64,000 nt of DNA from contig CATNEN010000024.1 in the NCBI GenBank assembly GCA_950097015.1, positions 372,001 through 436,000 of the forward strand, in the 5' to 3' direction. The notes beneath the pieces are model-generated. The model was given only the letters and a program-made list of their open reading frames with translations, was not told the DNA's origin and made no database searches. This DNA comes from Macrostomum hystrix (taxonomy: Eukaryota > Animalia > Platyhelminthes). This document shows positions 36,971 to 49,200 of this stretch, piece after piece (the stretch's first letter is position 1; the number at the start of each line of letters is the position of its first letter). The translations under genes and the position numbers were made by a program.

Positions 36971-37853
36971 TTTTCTTAATCTAAGCTTGAAAAAAAAGTT
37001 TTCGAGAAAGCAGACAGTGTTTTGTAACAAAATTTCATTTAGATTTGTTCTAATCTGGTTTGAAAGTGTTTTATTCTAATTGACTTTCGCATAAACAAGC
37101 GTAGACACGACTCAGTGTGCTTATTTACTCCTAGTTTCTTGCCTTAATATTAATTTTAAGTTTTTTCTACTAAGTTTTTCAGTTTCGTTTTCGAATTTAT
37201 TGCTTAGTTACCCCAGTAGTGCCTAAGGTAACAAATGTAAACATTTTTTTGTACTCAACAGTCCCAGGTGCGCGCACTGTTGAGCTTTAACAATCAAATC
37301 TGAAAAGTTTATTATAATTACTAACCATTTTATTGCTTTCGTTACTTGACTAGATTATTCTTCAGAGTTGGCCCCGACGCCGTTAATGCTTGTAAAAGAG
37401 ACAAGGGATTATTTCTAGCTACATATTTGTACATCAATTGCGCAAATCAAGTTTATATACTTTACAAACATGACTCAAAATATATATTTGAGAACACTAA
37501 AGTGATGCCTATCTGATATTGTTAATTTATTGTATTATATTTGGCGATCAGTCACTCTTCCATGCGCCATTTTATAATTAGATAAAGTAGTAACTCAACT
37601 TTTCTATGCATCAGCATCTGTATTAACTGCTAGTTAACAACACTATATTAATCATTATCTCTGATTAAATGTGATTTTGCTTAATCTCCCTTTTAATCAC
37701 CTGTATAAAGTTTGTCATTCTAGAATATCCCTTGATTTTAAATCCTCAATCTAAAATCCTAAAACTTCAAAATCCAGATTCTTCAAATTGTCTGGTTTGA
37801 AAGGCCTTAAGTTTAAGATTGTCATTATAGAATGCTCACTTTTCACAATCCTA

Positions 37854-38749
37854 CACCTTCTCCAGTTCAATTTCAACAAATCTGCGCTGCAATTTAGACA
37901 ACTTGACATGATCATTTTCGACACTCTATTTTTATACCTTCAGTTGGACGTTCAAATTAGACAAAGCTGACTTCAATTTAAACAGCAGATATTCGATTTA
38001 GACAGTGGATATTCAATTTAAACACTTCCTCATTGAGAGCGATTTGTCTATGGTAAAATTCTAGTTCTGAGGCTAAGCACATATTCGATTTAGACACGCT
38101 CAGCTTCAGACCCTTGCTTTCCTGTCGCCTCTGCTTCTGACTTTCGGTGAGAGAATTGGAGAGACTAATGTACATTCTGTAAGATACATGTACTCAGTTT
38201 ATTGTCTATGGTAAGATTGAAAACCGAGATTGAGACTGTAAAGGAAAATGATTTCTGGCCTTGTGGCATTGAGTATGCCGTCGTCCTTTTGATGTTCATC
38301 AGTGCCACCAAATGCAGGAAGTCCTCGCCGTTGTTATGAGCATACAGCAGGCGCGCTCGATCCTGATTCGTGATTCGCACGTACGGGCCGCGGCCATCAA
38401 CGTCGCTTCCGGTCGCTTCTGACTCCGACTCCGACTCTGACTCCGGTCCGTTCACCTCTTTGTCCATGTTCGTGCGTTAGATCAGTAGACAGATATTCTT
38501 CACGAAAGAAGCAAACTGAGTACATGTATCTTACAGAATGTACATTAGTCTCTCCAATTCTCTCTCCGAAAGTCAGAAGCAGAGGCGACAGGAAAGCAAG
38601 GGTCTGAAGCTGAGCGTGTCTAAATTGAATATGTGCTTTGCCTCAGAACTAGAATTTTACCATAGACAAATCGCTAGAGTGTCGAAAATGATCATGTCAA
38701 GTTGTCTAAATTGCAGCGCAGATTTGTTGAAATTGAACTGGAGAAGGTG
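37854..38749 (-). mobile_element. Long-TIR IS630/Tc1-like non-autonomous element
   Basis: Inverted arms 37854-38199 and 38513-38749 (the right arm lacks ~107 bp), flanked by TA at 37852-53 and 38750-51. The minus-strand loop encodes an HTH remnant (YVRITNQDRARLLYAHNNGEDFLHLVALMNIKRTTAYS) resembling the 9011 transposase N-terminus. Confidence 0.8.
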
Positions 38750-39602
38750 TAGTGATTCTAAAATCCCCCCGCAGTTCGAATCCTAACTCTAAAATCACCC
38801 AGTTGTAATATCACGACCCACTCAATGCGCACAATGGCTATTTGTTTTAAACAGATAATTCACACTAACATGCTTCCTGTCGAACAATGAACCTGTTATC
38901 TAATTCAGTTGCCAACTGGGCACAACAGCCTAAACCTGTCGGTCTTTTTTAAGTATCTAAATGTATTCAGATTATTATCAGACCGCTGTGTCAAATTCAT
39001 TTTCCTTTATAACTCAACCAGAGTGATATCTCGTTTCCACTTTATATTATTACTTGTCTTTGAATAGCGAACTTATAAAATGGTCTCTTCATTATTTATT
39101 TTTTTTCTTGTTAGCTTTTCCCATTTCCCTGCCTCTCTGCTTTTTAGGTGTAGAAAGCACGTTCGTTTAGTTCGTTTGTTAACGATGATTTGAGATACCT
39201 CATCCTATCATGCTACCTGTTCTGTTTTTGTAAAATAAAGATTTCCAATAAAAAAATACTGTTGCCTACCAATTAAAGCATTGAAATCCATCTTTATCCC
39301 TCTTTCCAGGTATTGCTTGCTATTAGTGTATCAGTGATTTTTTCATTCATTTCTGTAATAATTCTGCTAACAATAGTGCTCATTCTAGTGTGTGTAGCTA
39401 TAAAAGTTGCTATTTGTATTATAAAGTAACTTTTCAACCAAATCGAATCTTAACTAGTCTTTGTTAGTTCAAGTGTGATCTTTATCTATTAAAAAACCAA
39501 CTAAGAATCCATTCGTCTTTTTTCAGAAGCCTGCAACAAACAACTCGAACTGGTCACTCTACTTACCCTACTAACAGTAGTGTGTAGTAATTACGGTAAA
39601 CG

Positions 39603-42600
39603 ATGCATCAGCAACGAGACTCTGTGCTGGCCTGCCTAGCCAAGCATTTCAAGCATTCGTCTTTCAAATCGGCCACCCAGGAGGATGCGGTGAGGTGCGC
39701 GGTCTCGCGCCAATCCGACATGTTCATCTGCATGCCTACCGGTGCCGGCAAGTCATTGTGCTACCAGTTGCCCGCTGTCTATCACCAGGGCGTTGCCATA
39801 GTGATATCGCCGCTAATCGCTCTAATTAGCGATCAATTGGAACAGTTGAAGCGACGCGGTATAAAAGCAGCCACAATTAATTCGCGCACAGGTGAGAAGG
39901 AGCGCCGGTCTATTCTAGCCGATCTGAGTTCGCCCTGTCCGGAGATTCGACTGCTCTACGTGACCCCGGAGCAGACGCGAACTAAAACTTTCGAGTCGCT
40001 GGCCAAACAGCTGTCGGATCGAGCCAGGCTGACCTATTTTATTGTTGACGAAGCTCACTGCGTGTCTGAATGGGGCCACGATTTTCGGCCGGACTTTCTC
40101 CGCCTAGGCCGGATTCGAGCCCGCCTCTGCCCGACCGCGACTTGCATCGCCCTGACCGCCACGGCCAATGCCAGGGTGCGGGAGGATATTAATAGACTAT
40201 TAGAATTGCGCAAGCCGCGCTGCTTTCAAACCGCCTGCTATAGAGCCAATCTGTATTACGATGTACAATTTGCCGACTTGTTACCCGATCCGTTTGCTCA
40301 CCTGCTGCAATTCGCTCTGGCCTGCCTGCCGCCGCGCGGCTCCAGCGAAGCCGACGCAGCCGACTGGTCTAGCCGCGGCGCTGGCATTGTCTATTGTCGT
40401 CAGCGCGACGCCTGCGAGGACATCGCTGGCCGACTGTCCGCCCGCGGCCTGCCAGCCAGGCCGTATCACGCCGGTCTAAAAAAGGCCGAACGGCAGGCCA
40501 ACCAGCTAGACTGGACGGACAATCGCTACCCGGTTGTGGTGGCCACAGTCAGCTTCGGCATGGGAGTTGATAAGCCCAATGTGCGCTTTGTGGCCCACTG
40601 GACTGTGGCCAAGTCTCTGGCCGCCTATTATCAGGAGAGCGGCCGGGCTGGCCGCGACGGCCTTCCGTCCAAGTGCCGCATTTACTACAGCAAACAGGAG
40701 AGAGACACTGTTGCCTTCCTCACCCAGCAACAGCAGCAGCCGCAGGAGCTGGATGGCGGAGGAGACGAGGATGATGCGCCTTCGAGTACCAGTGCCGCCG
40801 GTGCTAGCCAATCGGATCGACCCACAGCTAATAGGCGGGCTATAGCCATGCAGGATCTTAATGAGATGATCTCCTATGCTGAGTCTTGCAAGTGAGTCTG
40901 TCTTTTTAACCTCCCCCCCCTGAATTCGTAGCCAAGTGGTCGCTATTGGACGAAATGGCTATCACGTGATGCTTGAGCTGAGCCAATAGCAACATGCCAG
41001 CGTATTTAACATGTCAAGACCGCCCTTAAACAATGAGAAGAAGGGGATTCTAAAAACGTGCTGTTCTTGTCGAATATTATTGCTGGCATAGGGGATTGTA
41101 GCCCAGTGGTTAGAGTTTCGGGACACACGACTTAATGGTCGGGGGTTCGATTCCCGTCTCCAATGTAAAAATATGTGTGCTTTAGCAAGATATTTCTTCA
41201 GTTCACTCAGATATTAAATGGGTACCAGCATCAGCGGGGGTAATTGAAGTTGGGTGTGGTGCCCCACAGTCCATGGACTGAGCAGCGTACGCAGCCTTCT
41301 AATATAGTTGCGGCTGTGCTGTCGGCTGCACATCTGGCCGAATCGGGCAGTTTTAATCATTTATTAATGGAATTGATTCCTCAAAATGCCGCAGATGCCG
41401 CAACGCCACGGTGGCCGCCTACTTTGGCGAATTAAACACCCAGCCCTGCGGCACCAATTGCGACGCCTGCGCTCAGGCCAAGGAGGCCGCGAACCAGCTG
41501 CGCGAGTTTCAACGCTGGTGCCATTCGGCTAATATTGAACGCGGCCGGCGTGGTCGCGGCGGGCCTCAGGAGGACGAGGATCTGGATCCGGATCTCTATA
41601 GGCGTCGTCAACGCGGACGCGGCTTTGAAGATTGCGACGATGACTCGCAGGCCGACTATACACTGGCTGAACGACTGGCCGCTCAGGAGAAAAAGGATCG
41701 GCAGGATGCTATTCAAGCCGAGTTTCAAAAGCGACGCGTTGGCGGCGGCGGCGGCAGCGCTCGGAATGACGGGACGTGGTCCGCCGTGTCGCTCGACTGT
41801 CCAATTCTGGATGCTAATAATCGCGGCATACCCGGTGTGACGGGTAAGTGTCGCGAAAAGTCGTTCAATCTGTTGCGCAGTACGGCGCTGCCCAAGCTGT
41901 CAGCGCTGGCGCCGGATCTGATGCCGCAGGATCAATTAGAGGCCACTCTGGTTCGCGTCGAATATGCGGCCTTTCGCGCCTCCAAAGTGGCTTCAACTTA
42001 TCGCGGCGCAATGATGAAAGCCGTCACTCGCGTTAGAAAATGCGCGACCGGCGATCAACTGGCCGAGTACCTGTACTCAAATGCCGACTCGCAGGAGAAC
42101 GATTCGGCCGCCGCTTCGACACAGAAGCCATCTGAGCTTGAGTCTCCTTTGGATTTGATCAATTTTGAATTGACTGGCGAAGATGGTAGGATACTGCAGA
42201 TACCGAAGGTTCAAACTTATCCGACCACATCGCAGCCGTTGACGCCGCCGCCAGCGCCGCCGACTCCTCCACCGAAGGTGCAGTACTTCTGGGAGAAACA
42301 GTCACAGCAGCCGACTGTTGATTTAGCCAAGCAGGAAACAGCAGGTGCTGAAGAAGTCCACACGGGATCGCCAAAGGTTGAGGCTAATCTTTCGCCGTCT
42401 CTATGGCGATCTCCTCCAAAAGTGCAGTACTTCTGGGAGAAGCCGCAGCCGCTCGTTGTTGACTTGACAGAAAAAGCGCTGCAGTCAGATAATGAAGAAA
42501 TTGAGCAGGCACAAGAACAGCGAAAATCTCCTCACCAATCAGCCTTCTTGGATGGCGACAATTTAGCTTTCAATCTGTTGGACCACTGGTCTGATAGTGG

Positions 42601-43564
42601 TAGCGACATGCCATTTTCCCTACAGCAGCCTGTTAGACCAGCCGAAGCATCGGGCTCTGCTACTGGCAGCTTTGCCTGCTTTGTTGATGTGCCGCAGGTT
42701 GCCAAGGCAACCGCTAGCTTCAGCCGCAGCGACTCTGCCACTTTCCAGCAGGCCAAGGTGAAGCTTGTCACCCTGGAGCCTCTGCGACGCAGCGATCTGT
42801 CTTCATTCAGCTCCCAAACTGGAAGCCGCCAATCGCAGATAAGATCTGAGAAGCCAATTGCAAGTGTCGCAGACAAAATTGATGACAATCATCACCATCA
42901 TCGTCATCATCGTCACCATCATGATGAGAAGAGGGCTAGTCATTCCGGTGCCTCATCAACTTTCACTATGAGCAGCCAGCTTATTTCCTCAATAGATGAG
43001 CCGGCGCTTGGTCAAATGGCGCCCAGATACAAGAAGACTAATCAGTCTAATAAGAGGCATCAGAATTGTTCCTTATCTTCCGCTTCTGAGGGCACAGTTA
43101 ATTCGGGTTCTACCACTAGCGGCCTTACTAATCCAAAACAGGCTAGGAAGCGATCCTCTGGCAAGGCCAAGCTGCCGCAGCCCCCAGTTGATAAGCGTAA
43201 TACTCTTCATCATTACTGGAGTTTGACTGGTCAGCAGCAGCAGCAGGATCAGCAGCAGCATCATCGACAGCTGCATGAGCAGGAGGCTATAAAGAAGCGA
43301 CTAGGCGATCTGTCAATCAACCTATTAGATGGCTACTATAAAAGCGGTCGAATAGATCGGCCCTGTTTTAAACTTGTTGCCAGGCGATTAACACACCAGT
43401 TATTGGCCGCTGTCGAAGCATCCGATTTAGACGGCTCGCAATTACTAGATATGTCTAGATCACTTGGCGAGCGTTGGCTTAGCCGACTATTTGCCTCGCA
43501 CGGCGGCCGCATCAGCGGAGGCGAGGCTGGCATCGACTGGACCCAATTGGACGATGGTTGTTAG
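39603..43564 (+). CDS. RECQL5: ATP-dependent DNA helicase RecQ5
   Basis: Exons 39603-40891 and 41395-43564 (phase 2). [44 protein letters not shown]; Zn site [12 protein letters not shown]...CGTNCDAC; KIX/IRI-like region CREKSFNLL...SKVASTYR; C-terminal SRI-like [11 protein letters not shown]...[10 protein letters not shown]. Confidence 0.95.
41091..41370 (+). mobile_element. SINE family A copy in RECQL5 intron
   Basis: GGGGATTGTAGCCCAGTGG...GGTTCGATTCC...TTAAATGGGTACCAGCATCAGC...TCCATGGACTGA. Confidence 0.85.
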
Positions 43565-43854
43565 GCCTTTTATTAATTATTGAATTTCTGATTACCTGCG
43601 ATACGAAGATATTATATCTGGCAGCTATAAGGTGTAGAAAATTATATTACCTTGCTGCTTTATTATAATATTAATTAATTTAAATGGTGTTTCGTTTTCA
43701 TGAGACTCGTTCTATCAATGTTATTTTATTTATCAAGTCATTGATCTCCTGTTACAAATGTCGATAAATACCAGCGATAATCGCCCACTCAATAGAGATA
43801 TGTTTCTCTTATTTCATGTGTCATAATTTTCATAAAATTTCATAGACCTTACTG

Positions 43855-44015
43855 CGTGTGTCTCTTCCCAGAAACCTCACTCCGTGTGTTTCTTCCCTCC
43901 GCCCTACACCTCACTCTGTGTCTCTTCTCTCCGCCCGACACCTCACTCTGTGTCTCTTCTCTCCGCCAGACACCTCACTCCGTGTGTCTCTTCTCTCCGC
44001 CAGACACCTCACTCC
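43855..44015. repeat. ~32-bp CT-rich minisatellite
   Basis: CTCACTCTGTGTCTCTTCTCTCCGCCAGACAC, ~4-5 copies. Confidence 0.85.
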
Positions 44016-44384
44016 CAAATTAAGCCACTCGTTACATAGAGTCCCAGATGTTTGAAGCCGCCAAATGCTTTTCTCTGAATTTTTGCATTTTATACTTTTA
44101 AGTACCTAATTTCTAGATTTGTTAATCGTATTTTCAATTAGAATTATTTTTCCATTCTGTCGCATTTACTTGTTTAAAAGCAGCGCAGTTTGCTATTTGT
44201 CTGTCATAAAGTTTCCAATTTTGGGATTAAAATTTTACTTAATAAATTCTACTTTTTTTGTAGATAGTGTTTCAAGCGCACACGACATATTGTTAATAAT
44301 TTTCATAGAATAGCTTAATTATGTTCATCTTGTAATCAAATTTTATATTATTAAAATATCTGATTTAAGACTTCCCTACTGAAT

Positions 44385-44785
44385 AATTCACACTAAACGC
44401 ATCGAAATCCCCAACTCACCATAAACCCATGGAAATCCCCAATTCATCATAAACCCATGGAAATCCTCAATTCACACTAAACACATCGAAATCTCTAATT
44501 CACACTAAACCCATCGAAATCCCATATTCGCCCTAAACCCATCAAAATACCCAAATCAAATTAAAACCCATCAAAATACCCAAATCAAATTAAAACCCAT
44601 CGAAATCCCCAATTCACCATAAACCCATGGAAATCCCCAATTCACCATAAACCCATCGAAATCCCCAATTCACCATAAACCCATCGAAATCCCCAATTCA
44701 CACTAAACGCCATCGAAATTCCATATTCGCCCTAAACCCATCGAAATCCCAATTCACCATAAACCCATCGAAATCTCCTATTCCA
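44385..44785. repeat. ~30-bp minisatellite
   Basis: AAATCCCCAATTCACCATAAACCCATCG units. Confidence 0.9.
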
Positions 44786-45134
44786 TCGGACTTCATATAA
44801 GTAATGTGTAAAGTTGCTCTCAAAGAAAGTTTTTTATTCTATGTTTCACTCATCCAACTAGCCAACCTGTTTTACGTTAAGTGCCTCTCTCTGGATTAAG
44901 ACATCTTTAGAAATCGGCATTGAAAGTAATGAAAAAATCACTACGCTTATTTCTATGCAAATTACCCTCTGTTATTTTGTTGATGAATAAACTGTTCCGC
45001 TTTGCTGACCCTTGGTTTTTTTGCTGATTTTGTTGCTGTTTAATAAAATAATTTAGTACAGGGTCGACAACCTAATGTTACTTCATGAGACATAAAGAGA
45101 ATCAAAACGATACATTAGATTAGATTAACAGTAG

Positions 45135-46015
45135 CGAGATAAGACACGGGATAGATACTACTCAGAGATGAGACAAAGGAAGAGATGAGACAAGGGGAGA
45201 GATGAGACACGGGATAGATACTACTCAGAGATGAGACAAGGGGAGAGATGAGACACGGGAGAGATACTACTCAGAGATGAGACACGGGAGAGATACTACT
45301 CAGAGATGAGACACGGGAGAGATACTACTCAGAGATGAGACAAGGGGAGAGATGAGACACGGGAGAGATACTACTCAGAGATGAGACACGGGAGAGATAC
45401 TACTCAGAGATGAGACAAGGGGAGAGATGAGACACGGGAGAGATACTACTCAGAGATGAGACAGAGGGAGAGATGAGACACGGGAGAGATACTACTCAGA
45501 GATGAGACAAGGGGAGAGATGAGACACGGGAGAGATACTACTCAGAGATGAGACAGAGGGAGAGATGAGACACGGGAGAGATACTACTCAGAGATGAGAC
45601 AAAGGGAGAGATGAGACACGGGAGAGATAAGGCATGGGAGAGATTAGACAAAGGGAGAGATGAGACACGGGAGAGATTAGACACGGGAGAGATGAGACGC
45701 GGGATAGATAAGGCATGGGGAGAGATGGGACACGGGAGAGATTAGACACGGGAGAATTGAGACGCAGGAGAGATGATACACAGGAGAGATAAGACACGGG
45801 ATAGATACTACTCAGAGGTGAGACAAAGGGAGAGATTAGACGCAGGAGAGATAAGACACGTGAGAGATGAGACACGGGAGAGATAAGACACGGGAGAGAT
45901 AAGGCACAGAGTAGATGAGACACGGTAGATGTTAAACATAGAGATGAGACACGGTAGATGTTAAACATAGAGATATGACACAGGAGAGGTGAGAAATAGA
46001 GATGAGACAAGCGTG
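45135..46015. repeat. Composite GA-rich minisatellite
   Basis: Mixed GAGATGAGACACGGGAGAGATACTACTCA and GAGATGAGACAAGGGGA units. Confidence 0.92.
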
Positions 46016-46276
46016 AGATAAAACCGGGTAGTGCAGACCGAGTGAGCTAGATTAGCTTTTTACCCTAACTGCACGAAGCCTCGCTCATAACCTCATATAT
46101 TACTAATAGTAGTGTTTATGCGCAAATTTATCGCAGTAAATAAGTAGCAAATAAGAAAAGACCCAATTTTTCCACAGCTTTAAACTGAAACCTATTTTCA
46201 GCGCGCAGCATTGAGGCCGTTTTAATAATTCATCCCTTTGTTTGAAATATAGCTTTCAAAGAGAACTTTAGCAGTA

Positions 46277-49200
46277 ATGGTGCAGTACAACTTCAAGCAG
46301 ATCACGATGGTGCCAACCGCCAAGGACTTTGTGGACATTGTCCTGTCCAAGACGCAGCGAAAAACGCCAACGGTGATTCATAGGCACTATCAGATCACTA
46401 GGATAAGACAGTTCTATACTCGCAAGGTGAAGTTCACACAGCAGACATTCTACGATAAATTGACGGCCATTGTGACGGAATTTCCCCGCCTAGAAGAATT
46501 GCATCCATTCTATGCGGATCTGATCAACGCCCTGTACGATAGGGATCACTACAAACTGGCTCTGGGACAGATCAACACAGCCCGAAATCTCGTAGCCAGG
46601 GTTGGCCAGGACTATTCTAGGCTATTGAAGTACGGAGACTCGCTCTACAGGTGCAAACAGCTGAAGAGGGCCGCTCTGGGCCGCATGGCTACTATTACGC
46701 GAGGCCAGTCGTCTACACTGGCTTACCTGGAACAGGTATACCCGCCGGTCTTAACCCGAAGTTTTAGCCTAGTGGTTTAAGCGTCAGACTCAGGGACTTG
46801 AAGGTCGGGAGTTCGATTCTTGGCTCTACTGGAATATTTTTGTCCATTAGCAGGGCACTTAACTAAGCATAGCTTCGAGGGTGAGGGTGGGTGTAGCGTC
46901 CCCCCAGTCCATGGACTGAACAGCTGTACGGTGCCTTCAAATGCGCCGCGCAATAGCTGCGGCTGCGTTGTCGGTTGCAAATTGGGCCTATTGGGCAGTT
47001 CAAATCATTTAGTATTGTAATGATAATTAGTCGTATAAGTGCACCATGCCTTTGAGTACTGACCCAATCCTGGCGCTCAATGTGAGTAGATCTCACCTTT
47101 GAGTACTGAACCAGTCCTTGCACTCTACTGTGAGTAGTCCTCACCTTAAGTACTGACCCAATCCTGCCACTCTACTGTGAGTAGTCCTCACCTTTGAGTA
47201 CTGACCTAATCCTGCCACTCTACTGTGAGTAGTCCTCACCTTTGAGTACTGACCCAATCCTGCCACTCTACTGTGAGTAGAACTCAACATATGTTATGCT
47301 GCTATGAGTAGGTCTGAGTCGTAAGTAAGCTAAGATCATAATCAACCGAAATCCAATCAATTTCCAATACAGGTTCGCCAGCACCTGTCCCGCCTACCGT
47401 CGATTAATCCGGCCGGCCGTTCTCTAATCCTGTGCGGCTTTCCCAACGTAGGCAAGTCTAGCTTTCTAAACAAGATGACGCGCGCCGATGTGGAGGTTCA
47501 ACCCTATCCGTTCACCACGCGCAGCCTGTACGTTGGCCATATGGATCACGAGTATCTGCGCTGGCAGGTGATTGACACGCCCGGCATACTGGATCACCCG
47601 CTGGAGGACAGGAACAACATTGAAATGCTGGCCATTACGGCTCTGGCTCATCTGCGCGCTGCTGTGCTATTCTTTCTGGACTTGTCTGGCCAGTGCGGTT
47701 ACACTGTACCACAGCAGGTGAGTTTTGCTTATTTTATTCATACTTCGATTCTTAAGTAGGTAAGGGTTCCTGCTTCGATTCTTCGGTTAAAGCTCCTGCT
47801 TCGATTCTTAGGTAAGGGTTCCTGCTTCGATTCTTCGGTTAAAGCTCCTGCTTCGATTCTTCGGTTAAAGCTCCTGCTTCGATTCTTAGGTAAGTGTTCC
47901 TGCTTCGATTCTTCGGTTAAAGCTCCTGCTTCGATTCTTAGGTAAGGGTTCCTGCTTCGATTCTCAAGTAAGGGTTCCTGCTTCGATTCTTAGGTAAGGG
48001 TTCCTGCTTCGATTCTTAAGTAAGGGTTCCTGCTTCGATTCTTCGGTTAAAGCACCTTCTTCGATTCTTAGGTAAGGGGTCCTGCTTCGATTCTTGGGTA
48101 CGGGTCCTGCTTCGATTCTTGGGTACGGGTCCTGCTTCGATTCCTGGGTACGGGGTCCTGCTTCGATTCCTGGGTACGGGGTCCTGCTTCGATTCTTGGG
48201 TACGGGGTCCTGCTTCGATTCCTGGGTACGGGGTCCTGCTTCGATTCTTGGGTACGGGGTCCTGCTTCGATTCCTGGGTACGGGGTCCTGCTTGGATTCC
48301 TGGGTACGGGGTCCTGCTTCGATTCTTGGGGAAAGCCTCCTACTTTGATAATGTCTTCAGTTCCGAGAATTGGTAGTGCTGCTGCTTCGATACTCTAGCT
48401 GCGTTTCTTGCTTCGATTCCGGCCACATCTCCCAACCTCAGCGTTAGCAGCAGAATGAGCCTTGTGAAATTAGGTGACACAATGCATATTTTCACACACC
48501 CGCCCCGAAATCCACGTGTCCCACAGGTGCACCTATTCAACAGCATCCGGCCTCTGTTCGCCAACAAGCCGCTGGTTGTCTGCGCCAACAAGGCCGACGT
48601 GCTGAAAATTGAGGAACTTGACGCCGAGAGCCGCGCCCTGCTGGAGGGCCTGCAAGGCGAAGGCATCCCAGTCATGGAGATGTCCAATCTGACCGAGGAG
48701 GGCCTGATCCGGGTGAAAAACGAAGCCTGCAGCCTGCTGCTCAAACAGCGGGTTGAGGCTAAACTGGCCGGCAAGAAGATCGGCGAGGTTGCTAACAGGT
48801 GCGGCTTAACTTTTCACTGTTGAATGGTTCACGAGTTGGAACCTTGGGTGGGGAATGAAAGAACCTGTATTTGGATTATCCCTATATGCGAGCGATAAAA
48901 ATCCTCTCCTGGCAGATCCTAAACTTTGAATATGGGTTAAAAATCCCCCTTGATCTTAACTAGTCAAAGTTGATCAAGATGTGATAAAACCCTCCCCAAG
49001 GGTTAACTGGTTTAAGTTAATCGAGATGGGATAAAAATCCCCCTAAAGGTTAACTGGTCCAAGTTGATCGAGATGGGACAAATTTCCCCTTAAGGGTTAA
49101 CTGGTCCGAGTTAATCGAGATGGGATAAAAATCCCTCCTAAAATGTTAGCTGGTCCGAGTTGATTGTGATGGGATAAAAATCCCCCTAAATGTTAACTGG

